Shown here piece by piece: positions 1 through 12,941 of a stretch of 64,000 bases of DNA. Source of the stretch: Phoronis australis (Eukaryota; Animalia; Phoronida). Below the pieces are notes generated by a model. The model saw only the letters and a list, made by a program, of their open reading frames with translations. It was not told where the DNA came from and did no database searches. Position numbers and translations under genes: made by a program. The first letter of the stretch is position 1, and each line of letters starts with the position of its first letter. The stretch lies in assembly GCA_002633005.1 (NCBI GenBank), contig NMRA01000333.1:343797-407796 (forward strand). The letters run 5' to 3'.

Positions 1-262
1 TTAGATGGAAGGGGAAGCAGGAAGGCAGAGGGGAGATAAAGGAAGATGGTAAAGGCCGGAGGGGGACAGAGAAAAAAGTGGACTGGAGGGAGCTAAAAAG
101 GGATGGGCAAGAATGAAGAGTAAAGAAAGCAGAAAGAGAAAGTCAATCTCCTTAATTAGTTGACAACTTATTGGAAATTAATAACCATTGTCCAAAATTG
201 AAGCGCTAAAGGTTCCGAGAGTTTGATGTTGTTATTCATGACTGTTCTTGTTGACCCGCTAG

Positions 263-438
263 ATCACTGCATGGTGCAGTTTGTGAAGCCCAATTTGCTC
301 GGCACAAGGAAAGAGTTCTCCAACCGCTTCGTGAATCCAATCGTCAACGGCCAGTGTTCAGACTCCACCCCCTCCGATGTCAAGCTGATGAAACGACGCG
401 CCCACGTACTACATGAGATGCTGGCTGGCTGTGTTCAG
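263..438 (+). CDS. ATRX: ATRX exon ([32 protein letters not shown]...HEMLAGCVQ)
   Basis: AG at 261-262, GT at 439; typical ATRX SNF2_N sequence. Confidence 0.93.
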
Positions 439-3400
439 GTAGTGAATGTGTTGGTTTATTGTGTTGGTTTAGTGCCTACACTGGTAGAATTATCAGTGGC
501 TGTGGTGAAACTTCTTCAATTTAGGATGAAAATAATTGCCATACTTCTATTTTCCAGAGGCTTTCCACATTGTTGCAAATGCTCAAAATTTTACCACATG
601 TTGTTTGGTAATAGCTACCCCCATACAAACCATGTTAAAAGTAATAAAAGTAAATTTTCTTGAAAAGTTATTTTTGTTGAGAAATTTGACGAAGTGAAAT
701 TTCACCTTACGGCCATATTTTTTCTCAAACTGAAGAATTTTAATTTTGTAATTTGTTATGTTGGTGGTTATGTGTTAGTTAGATAGCTAAAGCTGCGCTT
801 TCTATCCACCCTGCTCTTTAACATTAAGACAACAAATCTTTTTATTAAGTCTAGTAGTTAAAAAATCCTTGTTATAATCAGCATTAGATTCATTACAGTC
901 ATTGTTGAATTGGAACTGACAGATTACTTGTAGTTGAGTTGAACAGGTCTGCATTACGTAAAACCAAAACACTCGCCACAAAGCTAGCGTGATCACGTTC
1001 TTCTCTTGTAATACATTATGTTATCTTGTGAAGATATTGCGTTTCGGCTAGCTTCTTGGCTTTATGGAACGCTGACCTACTGGAATTTCTCTCTCTTAGC
1101 TCAACTCCACATGCGCGGACTACTATGTTGTTTCTTTATTCAGTGTTGAGTATTTTACTTTTATTGAATAAATTAAAGTGAAATGTATCATCCACTCTAA
1201 TGCATTTTTCTTGTTTTCCATCATTTTTAGCGGAGGGATTATTCTGTCATTACTCGCTACCTCCCCGCCAAATATGAGTATGTTCTTTCGGTGCGCCTCT
1301 CTAGTGTGCAAAAAGAGCTCTATGCCAAGTACCTCCAGCTTGTGGGCAAAAATTTGGTCCTGTTGAAGAAAGGAGCGCTCACTGGTGGCAAACTGTTTAC
1401 TGACTATCACAATCTGCTGCATATTTGGACTCACCCATGGGTACTTGAGTTGGACAGAGTGCGACAAGAAGAAAAGGTGGGTAAAGTTCCTTTGGGTAGT
1501 AATAATAATCTTAATAATGGTTATGATAATTTTAGTATAATGGTAGTGATAATGGTAGTAATAATAAAGTCCTGTTGATAGGAATCAAGGGCTGGACACA
1601 ATATCATGACCGTCCATCGAAATTCCAGCTACAATTTCTTAAACCACAGTCCGGGACCAGTAGACAGCAAACCTGTTGTACAAATCCTCAGACCTGGTGC
1701 CCCTCAACTCTGCACACTCATGCACTTCGAAAATATTCCATAGCCATTGAGTAAACTGGCCCGTTAACATGAGGTGTAGCCATGGTAACCAGTTTCCATG
1801 GCTACACCTCAAGTCAGCAGCTGAATTGTCTCCACCCTTGGTTGTCATCAATTGTTGCCAAGGAAAGAAATATTTCTGAAAATGTCTTGTTTTATGATTT
1901 CCATGTTTAGACCATAAATAGGAAGGAGCCACTGTTAAATGTTTCCATTATTCTTGTGTGCAGGCTTTACGAAATCAAGACAGTGATGAAAGTGATATCG
2001 ACCTTCTGGCCTCATCATCTGAGGATGAATCATCTGTTGACCAGTCAGCTGACGAAGTCGAATCAAGTGAGAGGACTGATAATAAAGAGGTAACCATGTT
2101 TCTATAGAAGATGCCCCGCCTTATGGGCGTGGTCAGTTGAACTCTGAGGCTGTGTGGCATTGACATATGGATTTTTTTTAGCTATGGACAAAGCAGCGAA
2201 AATGTTGTGTAATGTTGTTTTGTTTCTGTCTGCTTTTGGTCCGCAAAAAACGAGATGGGAATCTAATCTGCTGAACAAAGTGAGTTAAGGCAGAAAAAGT
2301 CATTGTTCTGTGGTGATGGGGTAGCTCAAAAGTTTGAGTTTTGAATGACAAAAGTTACATTTAAGGCTCCAGGCTTACAGAACACTTCTCTATCGTTTGT
2401 GTGATATAACAAGTTTTAGTTTGTAAAATTTGGCCGCTTATTGCTGTAGTAAAAGTGGTCTCAGCTTGCGCCTCACTCGCATAAGAAATGGCATTTGGGC
2501 TTCAGGTGGGAAAAAATAGTAAACTGTTGTTGTCAATGTTGATAGATTCGAGGCATTCAAATACATAGTTTGTCATTTTTGCCAAAGCATTGTCACTATC
2601 AACTGAGCTGGTTAGTTCTTTGTTCAACCACTAGATGGACATGATATTTTTCTTTTTGTCTTATTTAAGGTAGGAAACAAACTTTCGAGGTCCAGTTCTG
2701 AAGACAGAAGTAACGAAAGTGGAAATATGGAGGAGGATGAGGTGATCAAGCGATGGACGACTCGAAGAACAAGTAAGTTATTATGTTTTTGCTAGATAAA
2801 AGTTGTCAAAAAATGACAGAATCATGTCAAAGTAGATTTTTTGGTCAAAGGTATGGGGTAAGGTGAGATTAAAACTTGGTGGAATTTTGATCACTGTCCA
2901 TGACATGCACAGCACAATATTATTTTATATGTATTCAGTCCGATATAGTGGTGTTGTAACCCATCAAATGTATTGATGGATAGCTTTCCAGTCACTAGGA
3001 GGCGCTTGTCGCCAATGCATACGTTCATGCAGTCACTTAGGACCATTAGCCCACAGACACCTTTGTGGTGATGAACTGCTTTCTGCCATCAGTCTATTCA
3101 GGAGAGGAACAATTATACATTAGCGCCATCTGGTGAAAATAAAGCCTCTCATAAGGTATTGAATATTGACTGTCAGTTATGTCGTTCATGGGTTAGGGTT
3201 TAGTCGTCATAAACCTAATTCATAAAGCAATATTCATTTAATGCTCATAATCAAGTGACCAATCGCCCATCTAGGTAAAACTGAGGCCGTTAAAAAATTG
3301 GAGCCGTGTGAAAAAGAGGCTTTGCCAAGAACGCCCGAGTGGTGGGAGGATTACGTTAGTTCTGATGATGACCACAAGATGGAGCTAGGTGGGAAGTTGG

Positions 3401-5729
3401 TTCTGCTGTTTGACATACTGAGACTTGCGGCTGAAAATCAAGAGAAGATGTAAGTTGTGATTGGTCGTCGAGTTATTAAAATGCAGTTTGCTTTTTTCTG
3501 GCGCCGAACTCAAAGTACTCTGAGGCTTAACACTTGAAATGTCGGAAATATTTTAATATATATTAGTACCGACCCTCGTTGTTTTATTTTTACTATTTTC
3601 ACAAGATTTTTTATTTTAATTGCAACTGACTTATCGCAAGCTTGCCCCCCTTGTGAAATGTCGACAAACAATAATAAGTTTTACCCGGCGACGTGTTCTT
3701 TGTCAGGTAAAATGGCAGCTTGGAAATGAAGGTGTGTCAAGAATGTTGCGTTCTTGTTGGTCAGTTAAGCCATCGCTCAAAATCCTGACCATAGGTCAAT
3801 TGTTGTAACACACCTGTTTGAGTTTATTTAATTGTTAGATGACATCTGACTGTGTTGGCATTTTTATAGGCATAACTGTTGTTATGAATGCAACTGAATT
3901 GACATTGTATTAACAATACAATGCCATGTTATTGGGAAGATATTGTTATTATGCATCTGTTTGAGTTGACATTGTTATCAGGCATGCTGTCATTTCAGTC
4001 TCGTGTTCAGCCACAGTCTGCTGTCCCTGGACTTGATTGAACAGTTTCTGGCTCACAGTGCTGAACAGTCCACGCAGGATGTAAAGAATACCAAGAAGGG
4101 GAAACAAAAGTCTGTAAGTTGTTAAGTACAACATGGAGTAGTGCTGTTTAGAATTACAAGATCTCTCAGCAGACATTTAATGTCATCGATTTGATGGCAA
4201 AAATGGAGATTGAAGAAAATCGGAAGAAAAGGAACTTAACGTCGTTTGTGAATGAGCTGAAATTTATTGCACTGAAAGTTTCCATGGGTAACATATTAAT
4301 CAGGTTTTTGAAAATCTGTGTATTCATATAGTGCATGGTATTTTGATATGACAATTCAATCCCCACTGCTGCCTGTGACTTGGAGTAAATTGGAAATTGG
4401 TAGCAGGCTAGGGTAGTACATGTCATCCTCAGGGTAGGGTAATGCATGTTAAGCACTGGCTAGGGTAGTACATTTCAACAGCAGGCTAGGGTAGTACATG
4501 TCATCCTCAGGGTAGGGTAATGCATGTTAAGCACTGGCTAGGACAGTACATTTCAACAGCAGGCTAGGGTAGTACATGTCAGCCGTAGGGTAGATTAATG
4601 GATGTCAATGTCAGCCGCAGGTAATGCATTTCAACCGTAAGCTAAAGTAGTGCATGTCAAGCACTTTTGTGTTGGGGTTTCAGTTACCCAAGTAGTTCCC
4701 ACTATAGTGCCTACTCACTTGTGAGTTGAGGTGTCAGAGAATGTTCATATCCTCCATCTATGTATAAAGTGTCATAATACAGATGCTTAAATTGTGACTT
4801 TGGCTTGACCATTATTAAAGCTGGGTGACATTTAAAATTCAACCATTTGTTGTGTTGGTAGGAGGGAGTCAAGGCTGACCAGTCTGTGACATGGATCAAG
4901 AACTCGGATTACTTCCGCCTGGATGGTTCAACCTTAGCTTATGTTAGGAAGAGATGGGTGTCGACTTTTCAGGATCCAAAGAACAAAAGGTGCGTAGAAG
5001 TCTTACTGTGTGATGTCACTTATCCATCCACATAGGAAGTAGATAGTACATGGCACTCAACGTTGTCCAACCAAAATTTTATTTGCATTCATCTTTCAAT
5101 TGAAATCTGAGTAAGATTTTTTTGTGTTTTGAAACACTGTTTCTTCTGTCTAGTTAACAGATTTCTGTCTTTTGACATTGAATTTTAGTCAGATTTTCTG
5201 ACTTTCAGTTTTTGTCTGTTTTTGTAAAACAGGCCATCTATGGACTAATGTTATAAAGTTAAGTCAGAAGACAAAGGCCAATAGATTTTTCAAGGAACAG
5301 GCCCCTGAAAGTGTCAAATACCTTCAAGACGGACTCTTTATTGGGGATACATATTTGGTTCTCGTTACTTTGTGCATACTCGGGGCATGTACAGGGTCTG
5401 GATGTGGCTGTCAACACACTGGAGGCAGACAACACATGGGTTGTTTTTACCTCCTGGAATCCGCCTCAAGCTTTGTGAAGGCACGTTAGGGGCCTCAACT
5501 GTTTCTGTCTACACTGACACTTATATATTTATTTGTGAATGCATGTTGCAGGGCTCGCTTGTTTCTGATCTCCACCAAAGCTGGAGGTTTAGGAATAAAT
5601 CTTGAGGCAGCCAACAGAGTGGTTATCTTTGATGCCTCCTGGAATCCTTCACATGACATTCAGTCCATCTTCAGAGTGTATCGGTTTGGCCAGGTCAAAC
5701 CCTGTTTCATCTACAGGTTTCTGGCTCAG
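263..5729 (+). CDS. ATRX: ATRX-like SNF2/RAD54-family chromatin remodeller, partial gene (8 exons covering the ATPase/helicase region)
   Basis: Eight phase-compatible GT-AG exons translate to ATRX-type motifs: [83 protein letters not shown]. The 5' part lies outside the window and the 3' exons were not found. Confidence 0.93.
1231..1476 (+). CDS. ATRX: ATRX exon ([24 protein letters not shown]...IWTHPWVL...EEK)
   Basis: Pyrimidine tract and AG at 1229-1230, GT at 1477; phase 0/0. Confidence 0.92.
1964..2089 (+). CDS. ATRX: ATRX exon, acidic Ser/Asp-rich insert
   Basis: CAG acceptor, 42 open codons ([13 protein letters not shown]...DNKE), GTAACC donor; matches the position of the ATRX acidic linker. 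Confidence 0.8.
2670..2772 (+). CDS. ATRX: ATRX exon (…[14 protein letters not shown])
   Basis: AG acceptor, GTAAGT donor, phase 0 to 1; resembles the EVIKVWNSRSR segment of vertebrate ATRX. Confidence 0.78.
3275..3449 (+). CDS. ATRX: ATRX exon (PEWWEDYV...[20 protein letters not shown])
   Basis: TAG acceptor, GTAAGT donor; the SGKMVLL-type motif precedes helicase motif IV. Confidence 0.9.
3999..4113 (+). CDS. ATRX: ATRX exon ([17 protein letters not shown]...)
   Basis: TTTCAG acceptor, GTAAGT donor; helicase motif IV. Confidence 0.9.
4402..4660. repeat. Intronic minisatellite (GGCTAGGGTAGTACAT subunits, about 78-bp higher-order unit)
   Basis: Direct tandem copies visible in an ATRX intron. 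Confidence 0.85.
4862..4989 (+). CDS. ATRX: ATRX exon ([14 protein letters not shown]...FQDPKNK)
   Basis: TAG acceptor, GTGCGT donor; RLDGST motif. Confidence 0.9.
5552..5729 (+). CDS. ATRX: ATRX exon ([17 protein letters not shown]...YRFLAQ), helicase motifs V-VI
   Basis: GCAG acceptor, GT donor at 5730, ends in phase 0. Confidence 0.94.
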
Positions 5730-5854
5730 GTATTAACTTAATGTAAATTAGTGAATCGATGGTCAGAAAATAGATAACAAACACCATAGCAATAATCAGT
5801 GTCATTCATATATACATGTGTCCAAATGTTATATTTTGACACAAAACATCATCA

Positions 5855-6656
5855 GGGCTGTTCCAGCAAAATCTGTATGGGAGGGAGGGGGAAGGTATTT
5901 TTATTTCGTACCCACCGCCCATATTTTTCATTTATTTCTCCAACCCATGACCCATAATTTTTTAATTATTTTTAATAGGTTAAAATATAAAATCCAACAC
6001 TTGCAAACAAATTGCCTCCAGGAGGACTTGTTAAGAACTTAGATGATTGACAGACAAGAACTAGTTGTCTTGTCTAATATTGTCAAAAACTAAAGTAGCC
6101 TGTGAGCAATACTTTTGGCAGCCACCATGTGTCTATAATTTCAATGAACATTTTTTCAATTATAAGGATCTATGAATCTCAAACTGTCTCCACAAACTCT
6201 TTTATACTTCTATGTCAAGTGAATATTGGAACTTGTTTATCTTACTCCTCATACTTTTTATGTAAAAATCACCAATTTTCTTATATGTGTTAACACCAGT
6301 TTAGTGTTGCATAACTTTTCAATTCAATAGGACTGCAGACAAACAGTTGGCTCAAATCAAGTTGCCCATGACTTGAGTAATGGCTTAGTGAACATATTGC
6401 ACTCTGTTCACTGGCAATATGGGCTTTTTGTATTGGGATAGCTTAGGATACATGCAACTGCATTTTTTTAGAGTATTGAGGGCTGAAGTAACCAACCTGT
6501 GAACATCAACAGGTCAAAAAATACCACCCATTTTTAATGCATCACTTCTTACAGGAACGACCACCCATAATTTGAGTTTTTTTCTGAAGACCACCACCCA
6601 TGAATTTTTATTTCTGCCGTCCCCCCCCTCCCACATGGATTTTACTGGAACAGCCC
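5855..6656. mobile_element. PIF/Harbinger-like MITE
   Basis: TIRs GGGCTGTTCCAGCAAAATC...GATTTTACTGGAACAGCCC with a 3-bp TCA duplication on both sides. Confidence 0.75.
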
Positions 6657-6679
6657 TCAGTGTTTTCAGTATACTGTTA

Positions 6680-8241
6680 GGTCTGTTCCAGCAAGATCCA
6701 TATGGGAGGGAGGTACGGCAGTTGAAATAAAGATTTATAGGTGGTTGTCTTCTGAAGGAAATTTCTTGAATGAAGGAAAGCAAAGTGGGTGATGTTTTGT
6801 GTTCCGTAAATGTTGACAGCCACTCACTAACCTCAAAACCCTGTGAAAACGCTTCAAAACTCACCAAAGATTCACTTTGTAGATAACCAAAAATATCTTA
6901 AAACATCAAAACAAGCCCATGTTGCTAGTGTACAGTGTGCAATATGTACACTATGCCATTATTCAAGTCATGGGCAACTTGATTACAACCATATTAGAAT
7001 AAAATGTATTGTACCACTAAACTGGTTATTAACACATCAAAAAAATTTGATGAATTTTTAATAAAAAGTATGAGGAGTCAACTGACATGAGTTGTGGTAT
7101 CACATTTAAGTTTTCTGCAACCACAAAAACTTTTGTGGTGGCATAAGGTCGGCATCCTGTCCTTGCGTTTGTCCGTCAGTCGGTCTGTCTGTCGTCATCA
7201 TTTTTTGTCCGTCAGCTATTTCAAGAACTGCTCGGCGGATCATGATGAAATTTGGTTCGTAAGAGAGGTCTTGACGGGGATGCGCCAGTACCACTCAATT
7301 TGGCTAACGTTTTTTTACCCCATGTTGGCCGTTTAAGTTTTTGACAAGGCATTCCTTGTACGTTGATATTCTCAAAAACGACGAAATTCAATAAAGGGGT
7401 ATATGGCGAGAATGCGCTGGCACTAGTCAATTTTGGACCGATTCAGCTACTGTGGCACCCCCTGTTAGCTTTCAACTGCCCAAATCATTTCTTGTTGATC
7501 GATTATCTTGAAACTGCTTAATGAATCATGATGACATTTGGCACAGAAATAGCGGGCGGGGATGCATTGGGCACCAGTCGATTTTTGGACAGATTTGGCT
7601 ACGTACTCCATTTTGGTCATAGTTTTTGACAAGACGGGTTGATTATCTCAAAGCCGCTAGGGACAACTGGATGAAATTTGGCATAAAGATATACGTCAGG
7701 GATGGGTATGCTGACAGCAGTTGATTTTTCGTTTTGATTCAATCACTCTCTGGGCCACTTTAATTTCCGCCAACATTTGATAAAACAGCTAGTTCTTGTC
7801 TGTTGATCATCTAAGTACCAAGTTGTGTGTCTTTGAGTTAGTTTGTTTATAGATGATGCTCAATCTTGTATGAAATTTGAAATAATGAGCACCCCTAGTA
7901 TCTGTCATTTGCATTGCACACGAAGAGTCCATAGCAACATTATGGTCCATAATCGGTATTCTTTGGAAAGAATGTCTGAATTTTTATACCTTGCCTGGGA
8001 GGAATCTGACTTGTCTGTTGGACCGTTATTGGCTAATAAAACATTGAAGACTGGAGACATCTAAAGATAATAAAACCTAACAAGTACATTACCATGCATA
8101 ATTGAAGCATAATTAAAAATATTATTTATATTTAATCCTAATTAAAAATGATGGTTGGATGGTGAAATTTAAGAAAAATATGGGCCGTGGGTAAAAAATG
8201 AAAATGCCTTTCCCGCCCGTACGTTTTTTACTGGTACAGCC
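6680..8241. mobile_element. Second, older member of the same TIR family, with a nested repeat at about 7100-7800
   Basis: Left end GGTCTGTTCCAGCAAGATCC, right end TTTTACTGGTACAGCC. Confidence 0.55.
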
Positions 8242-8340
8242 TTGAAATATAAGATCATTCAAAAGAAGGTTGTTTGAATCCTCTATCCAAATGCTTGAAA
8301 TGAGTGTCACGTTTTTCCCCGTGTGTGGGTGGGCGCAGGT

Positions 8341-9071
8341 TGTTATAGACCGGTGCTAATAGCTTTCGGTGCGAAGATTGACTGAAGACTGGTTTGAGTT
8401 AATCCTTTATTAATCCCGACCGTACGTTCACAAGCCTACTCAAACAAAACGTCCGACGTAATGTCTGTTTATGCTCCAGCCAGTGCTGCGAAGCCTTGAC
8501 TTGTGATGAACTTCTGAGATACTTCCAGCAACTGTTACACTCGTTGATTCAATAACCTGCTGTCTCTATAGCTGGTTCTCTATTGACTATCGCTGTAACT
8601 GCTAACCCTCTTCACTGCAACTCAACAGTAGTTCTCCTGATAAACTTTCTTGAAGTGGCTTGATCTCACTTGATCTCCCAACTTGATCTTCTTGGACTCA
8701 ACTGACTAACACAAACCCGTGTTTGTGTATTTATAGCCTAATGTATTGTTCTAGAACTTTTCATCAATTCAAGCACATACCAGAACTTTCTGGAACCTAC
8801 CCAATCATTCTACAAACATGTACTAGTCTCTAGAATATTCCAGACTGCATTAATCACTGTCATGCTAGAGTCTTCTAGAAAGTTCCACACTATACTGCAG
8901 TAAACAAATTACATCAGCACTATTCTGACCTCAGTCTTCTAGAAAGTTCCACACTATTTTGTAGTAAACAAAATACATCATCACTGTACTTAACTCAGGG
9001 GTCATGCCAATCAAACAGAATAACAAAACAAAACACTACAACTAAAAACATTGTCAGTCTATATTATGACA
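8341..9071 (-). mobile_element. Probable solo LTR (TG...CA) with TATA box, poly(A) signal and heat-shock elements
   Basis: On the minus strand it begins TGTCATAATAT and ends TATAACA; TATAAATA at 8735-8728, AATAAA at 8411-8406. No clear TSD. Confidence 0.6.
8749..8949. promoter_or_regulatory. Cluster of heat-shock elements (nGAAn inverted arrays)
   Basis: GAACTTTCTGGAA (8783-8795), TTCTAGAAAGTTC (8873-8885 and 8937-8949), plus imperfect arrays at about 8749 and 8833. Confidence 0.6.
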
Positions 9072-9081
9072 ATGAGCCCTT

Positions 9082-9140
9082 TGTGTGTGTGTGTGTCTGT
9101 CTCTGTGTGTGGGTGTGGGTGTGGGTGTGTGTGTGTGTGC
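9082..9140. repeat. (GT)n / (GTGTGG)n microsatellite
   Basis: Directly visible. Confidence 0.9.
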
Positions 9141-9311
9141 CTGCTTGTGTTTGTACGTGAGTGTATAGGTAGACACATACTGTGTTACGAATGAAGTTGG
9201 CCATTTTGACACATGGAAGCACACTTTAATTGCAAAAACAAGCAAACTCCTATCCACAGGCATTCACATGCATATCTTTTTTCCCAATTAATATAGTTGT
9301 GTAAATTACTA

Positions 9312-9420
9312 GGAGGCAGTGTGGCCTGGTTGATAAGAGCCCGCTTTCTGTACTCGAGGTCGTGGGTTCAAGTCCCACCAGGTCACACTGCTGAACCCTT
9401 GAGCCAGGTTTCTAGCTCCT
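9312..9420 (+). mobile_element. tRNA-derived SINE head
   Basis: A-box-like GTGGCCTGGTTG and B-box GGTTCAAGTCC, followed by a CCCTTGAGC SINE-core-like sequence; no complete cloverleaf. Confidence 0.6.
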
Positions 9421-10129
9421 CAGCTCGGTTTTAACTATATATTAATAAAGCATAAAAATATTTCCAGGTAATCAATGCAATGGGCCCACATGCGAGGCCT
9501 GTGCACGTTTGGTATAACGTGTATCAGACCGCCTACAATTATTTTTATTAAAATTACTTGGTCAAATATTGCTTTCCTAATTTTTTGATCTTTATAAAAC
9601 ATCATTTGTATAAGTAAAGCTCTTACTTCATATCGCTCAGGTTCTGAGCTGGATCCACTGGGATAGGTTGTTTACACAACTGTTCACTAAGACCCAGCTT
9701 GAAAACATCTGTGTGCCAGGTCATAGACAGTGTTCTTCAATGGAACTATCTATTATATATCTATTATATAAAATGCATTGTTTGCACAAACTCCGTCTCC
9801 CCCGCTCCACTACAGACCTTCTTTGCACACGTTTAGGCACCGCCTTGGTCCCAGGTATTGCACCAGCCCTCTATCTGGATTCTAGGTGTTCTATTTTTTC
9901 TTGCAGGCCATTTTTTTGCAGATGTGGAGGGAGGGTGGCCAGTTTCGTACTGGCCTTGGTGACGTCAGTTCGTCGGCTCAATGGCCTGGGTGACGTTACT
10001 CCGTCGGCTTAATTTAACTCCCTCCGACTTCTGTCACGTATACAATTCATCTGGCCTGTCACTGCCAAAATTAATAATGCCTCATTAAAAAATCCTTACT
10101 CTTCCTTGAGTAAACTAAATTATTTACCC

Positions 10130-10790
10130 TGGTGTTGGAAAATTGGCGTTCTTCAGTTATTCTGCTGCTAAACTTGCGATGCCCTCTTTGGGCGCCATTG
10201 CGTCACCTGTTGGCCAATTTCCATGCTATTCAATCAAATGTGAGGTTGCATACATGTCATAACAATCGCAAATGGTTTCATTTCATTACAAGTTTTTACT
10301 ATTTTATGATCAGAAAACCCAATTTCAGAAAAAAAACTTTCGAGAGATATCGCAAAATTTTCGGAAATGGCGCATGCATACGTGCGGGTGCCACAAGTAC
10401 GCACTGTTTTCAAAAGGACCACAGATTTCCTTTGTTACAAAAGGCGGAGAATTACGAAAAATAACGTTATTAGATTGTCTTACTTCTATAAACGGCTGTA
10501 ACAGGCAAGGTGAATGTCGGTTCATTCCCAGATTATGCATGCACCCCCATTGTTAGCTCTAAGATTCACGACGAGGTGACAAGCTAAGCACCGGGGTTCG
10601 GTGATGATTTTGGTGTCTAACCGGAGCTCTACACACACTATAGCTACCTTGCTGTATGTTGACGATAGTCTTCATACAGCTCTACACACACTATAGCTAC
10701 CTAGCTGTATGTTGACGATAGTCTTCATACAGCTCTACACACACTAGCTACCTAGCTGTATGTTGACGATAGTCTTCATACAGCTAGCTG
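10130..10790 (+). repeat. Dispersed repeat homologous to about 60820-61530, ending in a 53-bp x3 tandem array (10625-10785)
   Basis: Shared blocks TTGGAAAATTGGCGTTC...TTATTCTGCTGCTAAA, GGAAATGGCGC and TAGCTGTAT...CATACAGCTAGCTG. Confidence 0.75.
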
Positions 10791-11949
10791 TCTTTCTACC
10801 TCAGTTTGTTCATTTATGCAACTTTTGTAATATACAGCATTTTAAATGCATTCTTAGTTTTCACTTTAAAGAATATCTTATTACTGTACTTTGTGTTACG
10901 GCAGGGTCAAATGTTCTGGAAAGAAATTTGTACTGCCTGAGTAAAGAATTCCGCAGCCACACAACTTGGCTACTAAAATCTGACAGTTACTGAAATTCTG
11001 CTTGAAGCTTTGAACACGGCCTTTTCAATAAGTTCCTGTCTCTTGCGATGAACACTAATGTGCACTCTTATTCTAAGTATCTATTTCCCTCTGTGTTTCA
11101 CACTAGCGGCTAGTTTAATTTTAAAGTGTGCAGAGAGGGTCTGGCACATGTGTACTGCAAGCTTTGTTTCTTGGTAGTGATGCTTCGTGTTACAATGTTA
11201 TTTATTCCAGTATCAAGGGTCTCATAACAACAAACCAAAGTACTGAAGGACTCTTTTGCTTCTTTATTCAGGAAGTCTAATTTGTGCATGCTCAGTAATG
11301 CCTAAGCAGATGGTTACACAGCAACTCTTGTTGTGACAATTGAAAAAAATCACTCTAAAGCCCACGGCAATTAAACGAAATTTAATAACATTAACTTTAC
11401 ACGCATTAATACAATTCCATGAGAATGTGTTCCTTGTTTTAATGTAGCCGTATCTTTGGCAAATGTGCGTTTGACCAGAAACATACCGATGTGGTCGACA
11501 TAAGATAGTTTAAAATTAAATATCAAAATTATATGAAAAAACGCAACAATTGAAATAACTGAATACTCTGGCATATTTCACTCACAGACAGCCAGAGGGC
11601 TTATCACTGCAGTAAATCAAATGCAAAGCTGTTAACATAAACAAACTGCTGCACACTTGTTAAGTGGCCATCCCTATAAACCTACCCCAACTTAGGGACT
11701 GGACTTCAGACACACCATGGAATGTTAATACTAACATGGAGGAGACTTCTTAGTTATTGCCACTGATTCAAGTTGTGTACATGAGTGTTGGTGTAATTGT
11801 GGACGTACTAAATGGAGGCAGGCCAGTGAGTGTTGGTGAAAGTTGTTGATGACCACTCAGACTGTGTGAGCCAGTCAGCTGTCCTTTTGATGGGTCTCTA
11901 ACCACATTTAAATAATTTACTAAATTAAACAAATATCACTTATCATGTT

Positions 11950-12650
11950 TAACGCGTGTACTGTTTTTTTCTGGCACTGTCTTATTATTTAGAAAAAAAA
12001 CTTATACGTCCAACTAAGGTTGCTTAATATATAAGAGTTCCAAATTGTTTAATTTTATTTCTAAAAATTCACAAGCAAATTCAGTCTAGCAACAGAGAGT
12101 TTTCTGGGAAATAACTGTAACCAACTCTTATACTTCACCCATACACAGATCCAAGCCTCTGATATTGGTGAGTCGTGTATGACAAACACTTTCCAGCCAG
12201 TTGCTTTAGACCTTTCTATGCGCCATGCAAAGGATACTGCCATTCTTAAGCTTCCATTTAGTGATTACCAGGACTTGTCTCCATTTAGGTGCAGAAAACA
12301 TCAGGTATCCCAATGGTGTTAAGCACTTAAGCTATAAATCTATTGCAGAGGACATATTGAATTGTCTATCAATGACTTTGTGGACAGATATGATTATACA
12401 TAGTTGGTGGTTGATTACTCCTTACTGGTATTGGCTGCTCTGTATTGTCTCAATGGCTGCCAGTTTGAAATTTTCCTACGTCCTCCTGTCTGGGTTATGG
12501 TTAAGTTTCATCAGCTTGGATCACCATATGAAGTAAAGGAAACTTTACACCATCATTTTCATAGTTTGTACATCTGTCATCAACAAACATGCAAGAAAAT
12601 TTGAGCATTTTAACAAAAATAATGCAGTCAGCTTTGAAAGTTGATAAAAC
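11950..12650 (-). mobile_element. Highly decayed LINE (CR1/L2-like) reverse transcriptase remnant
   Basis: Minus-strand ID(L)xKC(F)xTI-like segment near 12310-12350; many stops. Confidence 0.3.
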
Positions 12651-12699
12651 TATTTTGTTCGGATTTTAGGCAACTTTACCATACCAGTAGCTTGTGTTC

Positions 12700-12941
12700 T
12701 CAGTGTGTTTCTAATGACCAGTCACTGCAACTAAATTCAACATCAGTGTGTTTCTAGTGACCTTTCAGTGACTGCATCTAAACCGAACATGAATCAGTGT
12801 GTTTCTAGTGACCTTTCAGTGACTGCATCTAAACTGAACATGAATCAGTGTGTTTCTAGTGCCCGTTCAGTGACTGCATCTATATTGAACATTAAGTAGG
12901 GTGTTTCTAGTGCCTGTCTAGTGATTGCGTCTAAACTGAAC
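12700..12941. repeat. Minisatellite, about 45-51-bp unit x5 (TCAGTGTGTTTCTAGTGAC...)
   Basis: Direct tandem copies. Confidence 0.85.

Noticed and set aside
9312-9385. Possible tRNA gene
   Set aside because: A and B boxes are present, but the acceptor stem does not pair and the sequence continues into a SINE-like core.
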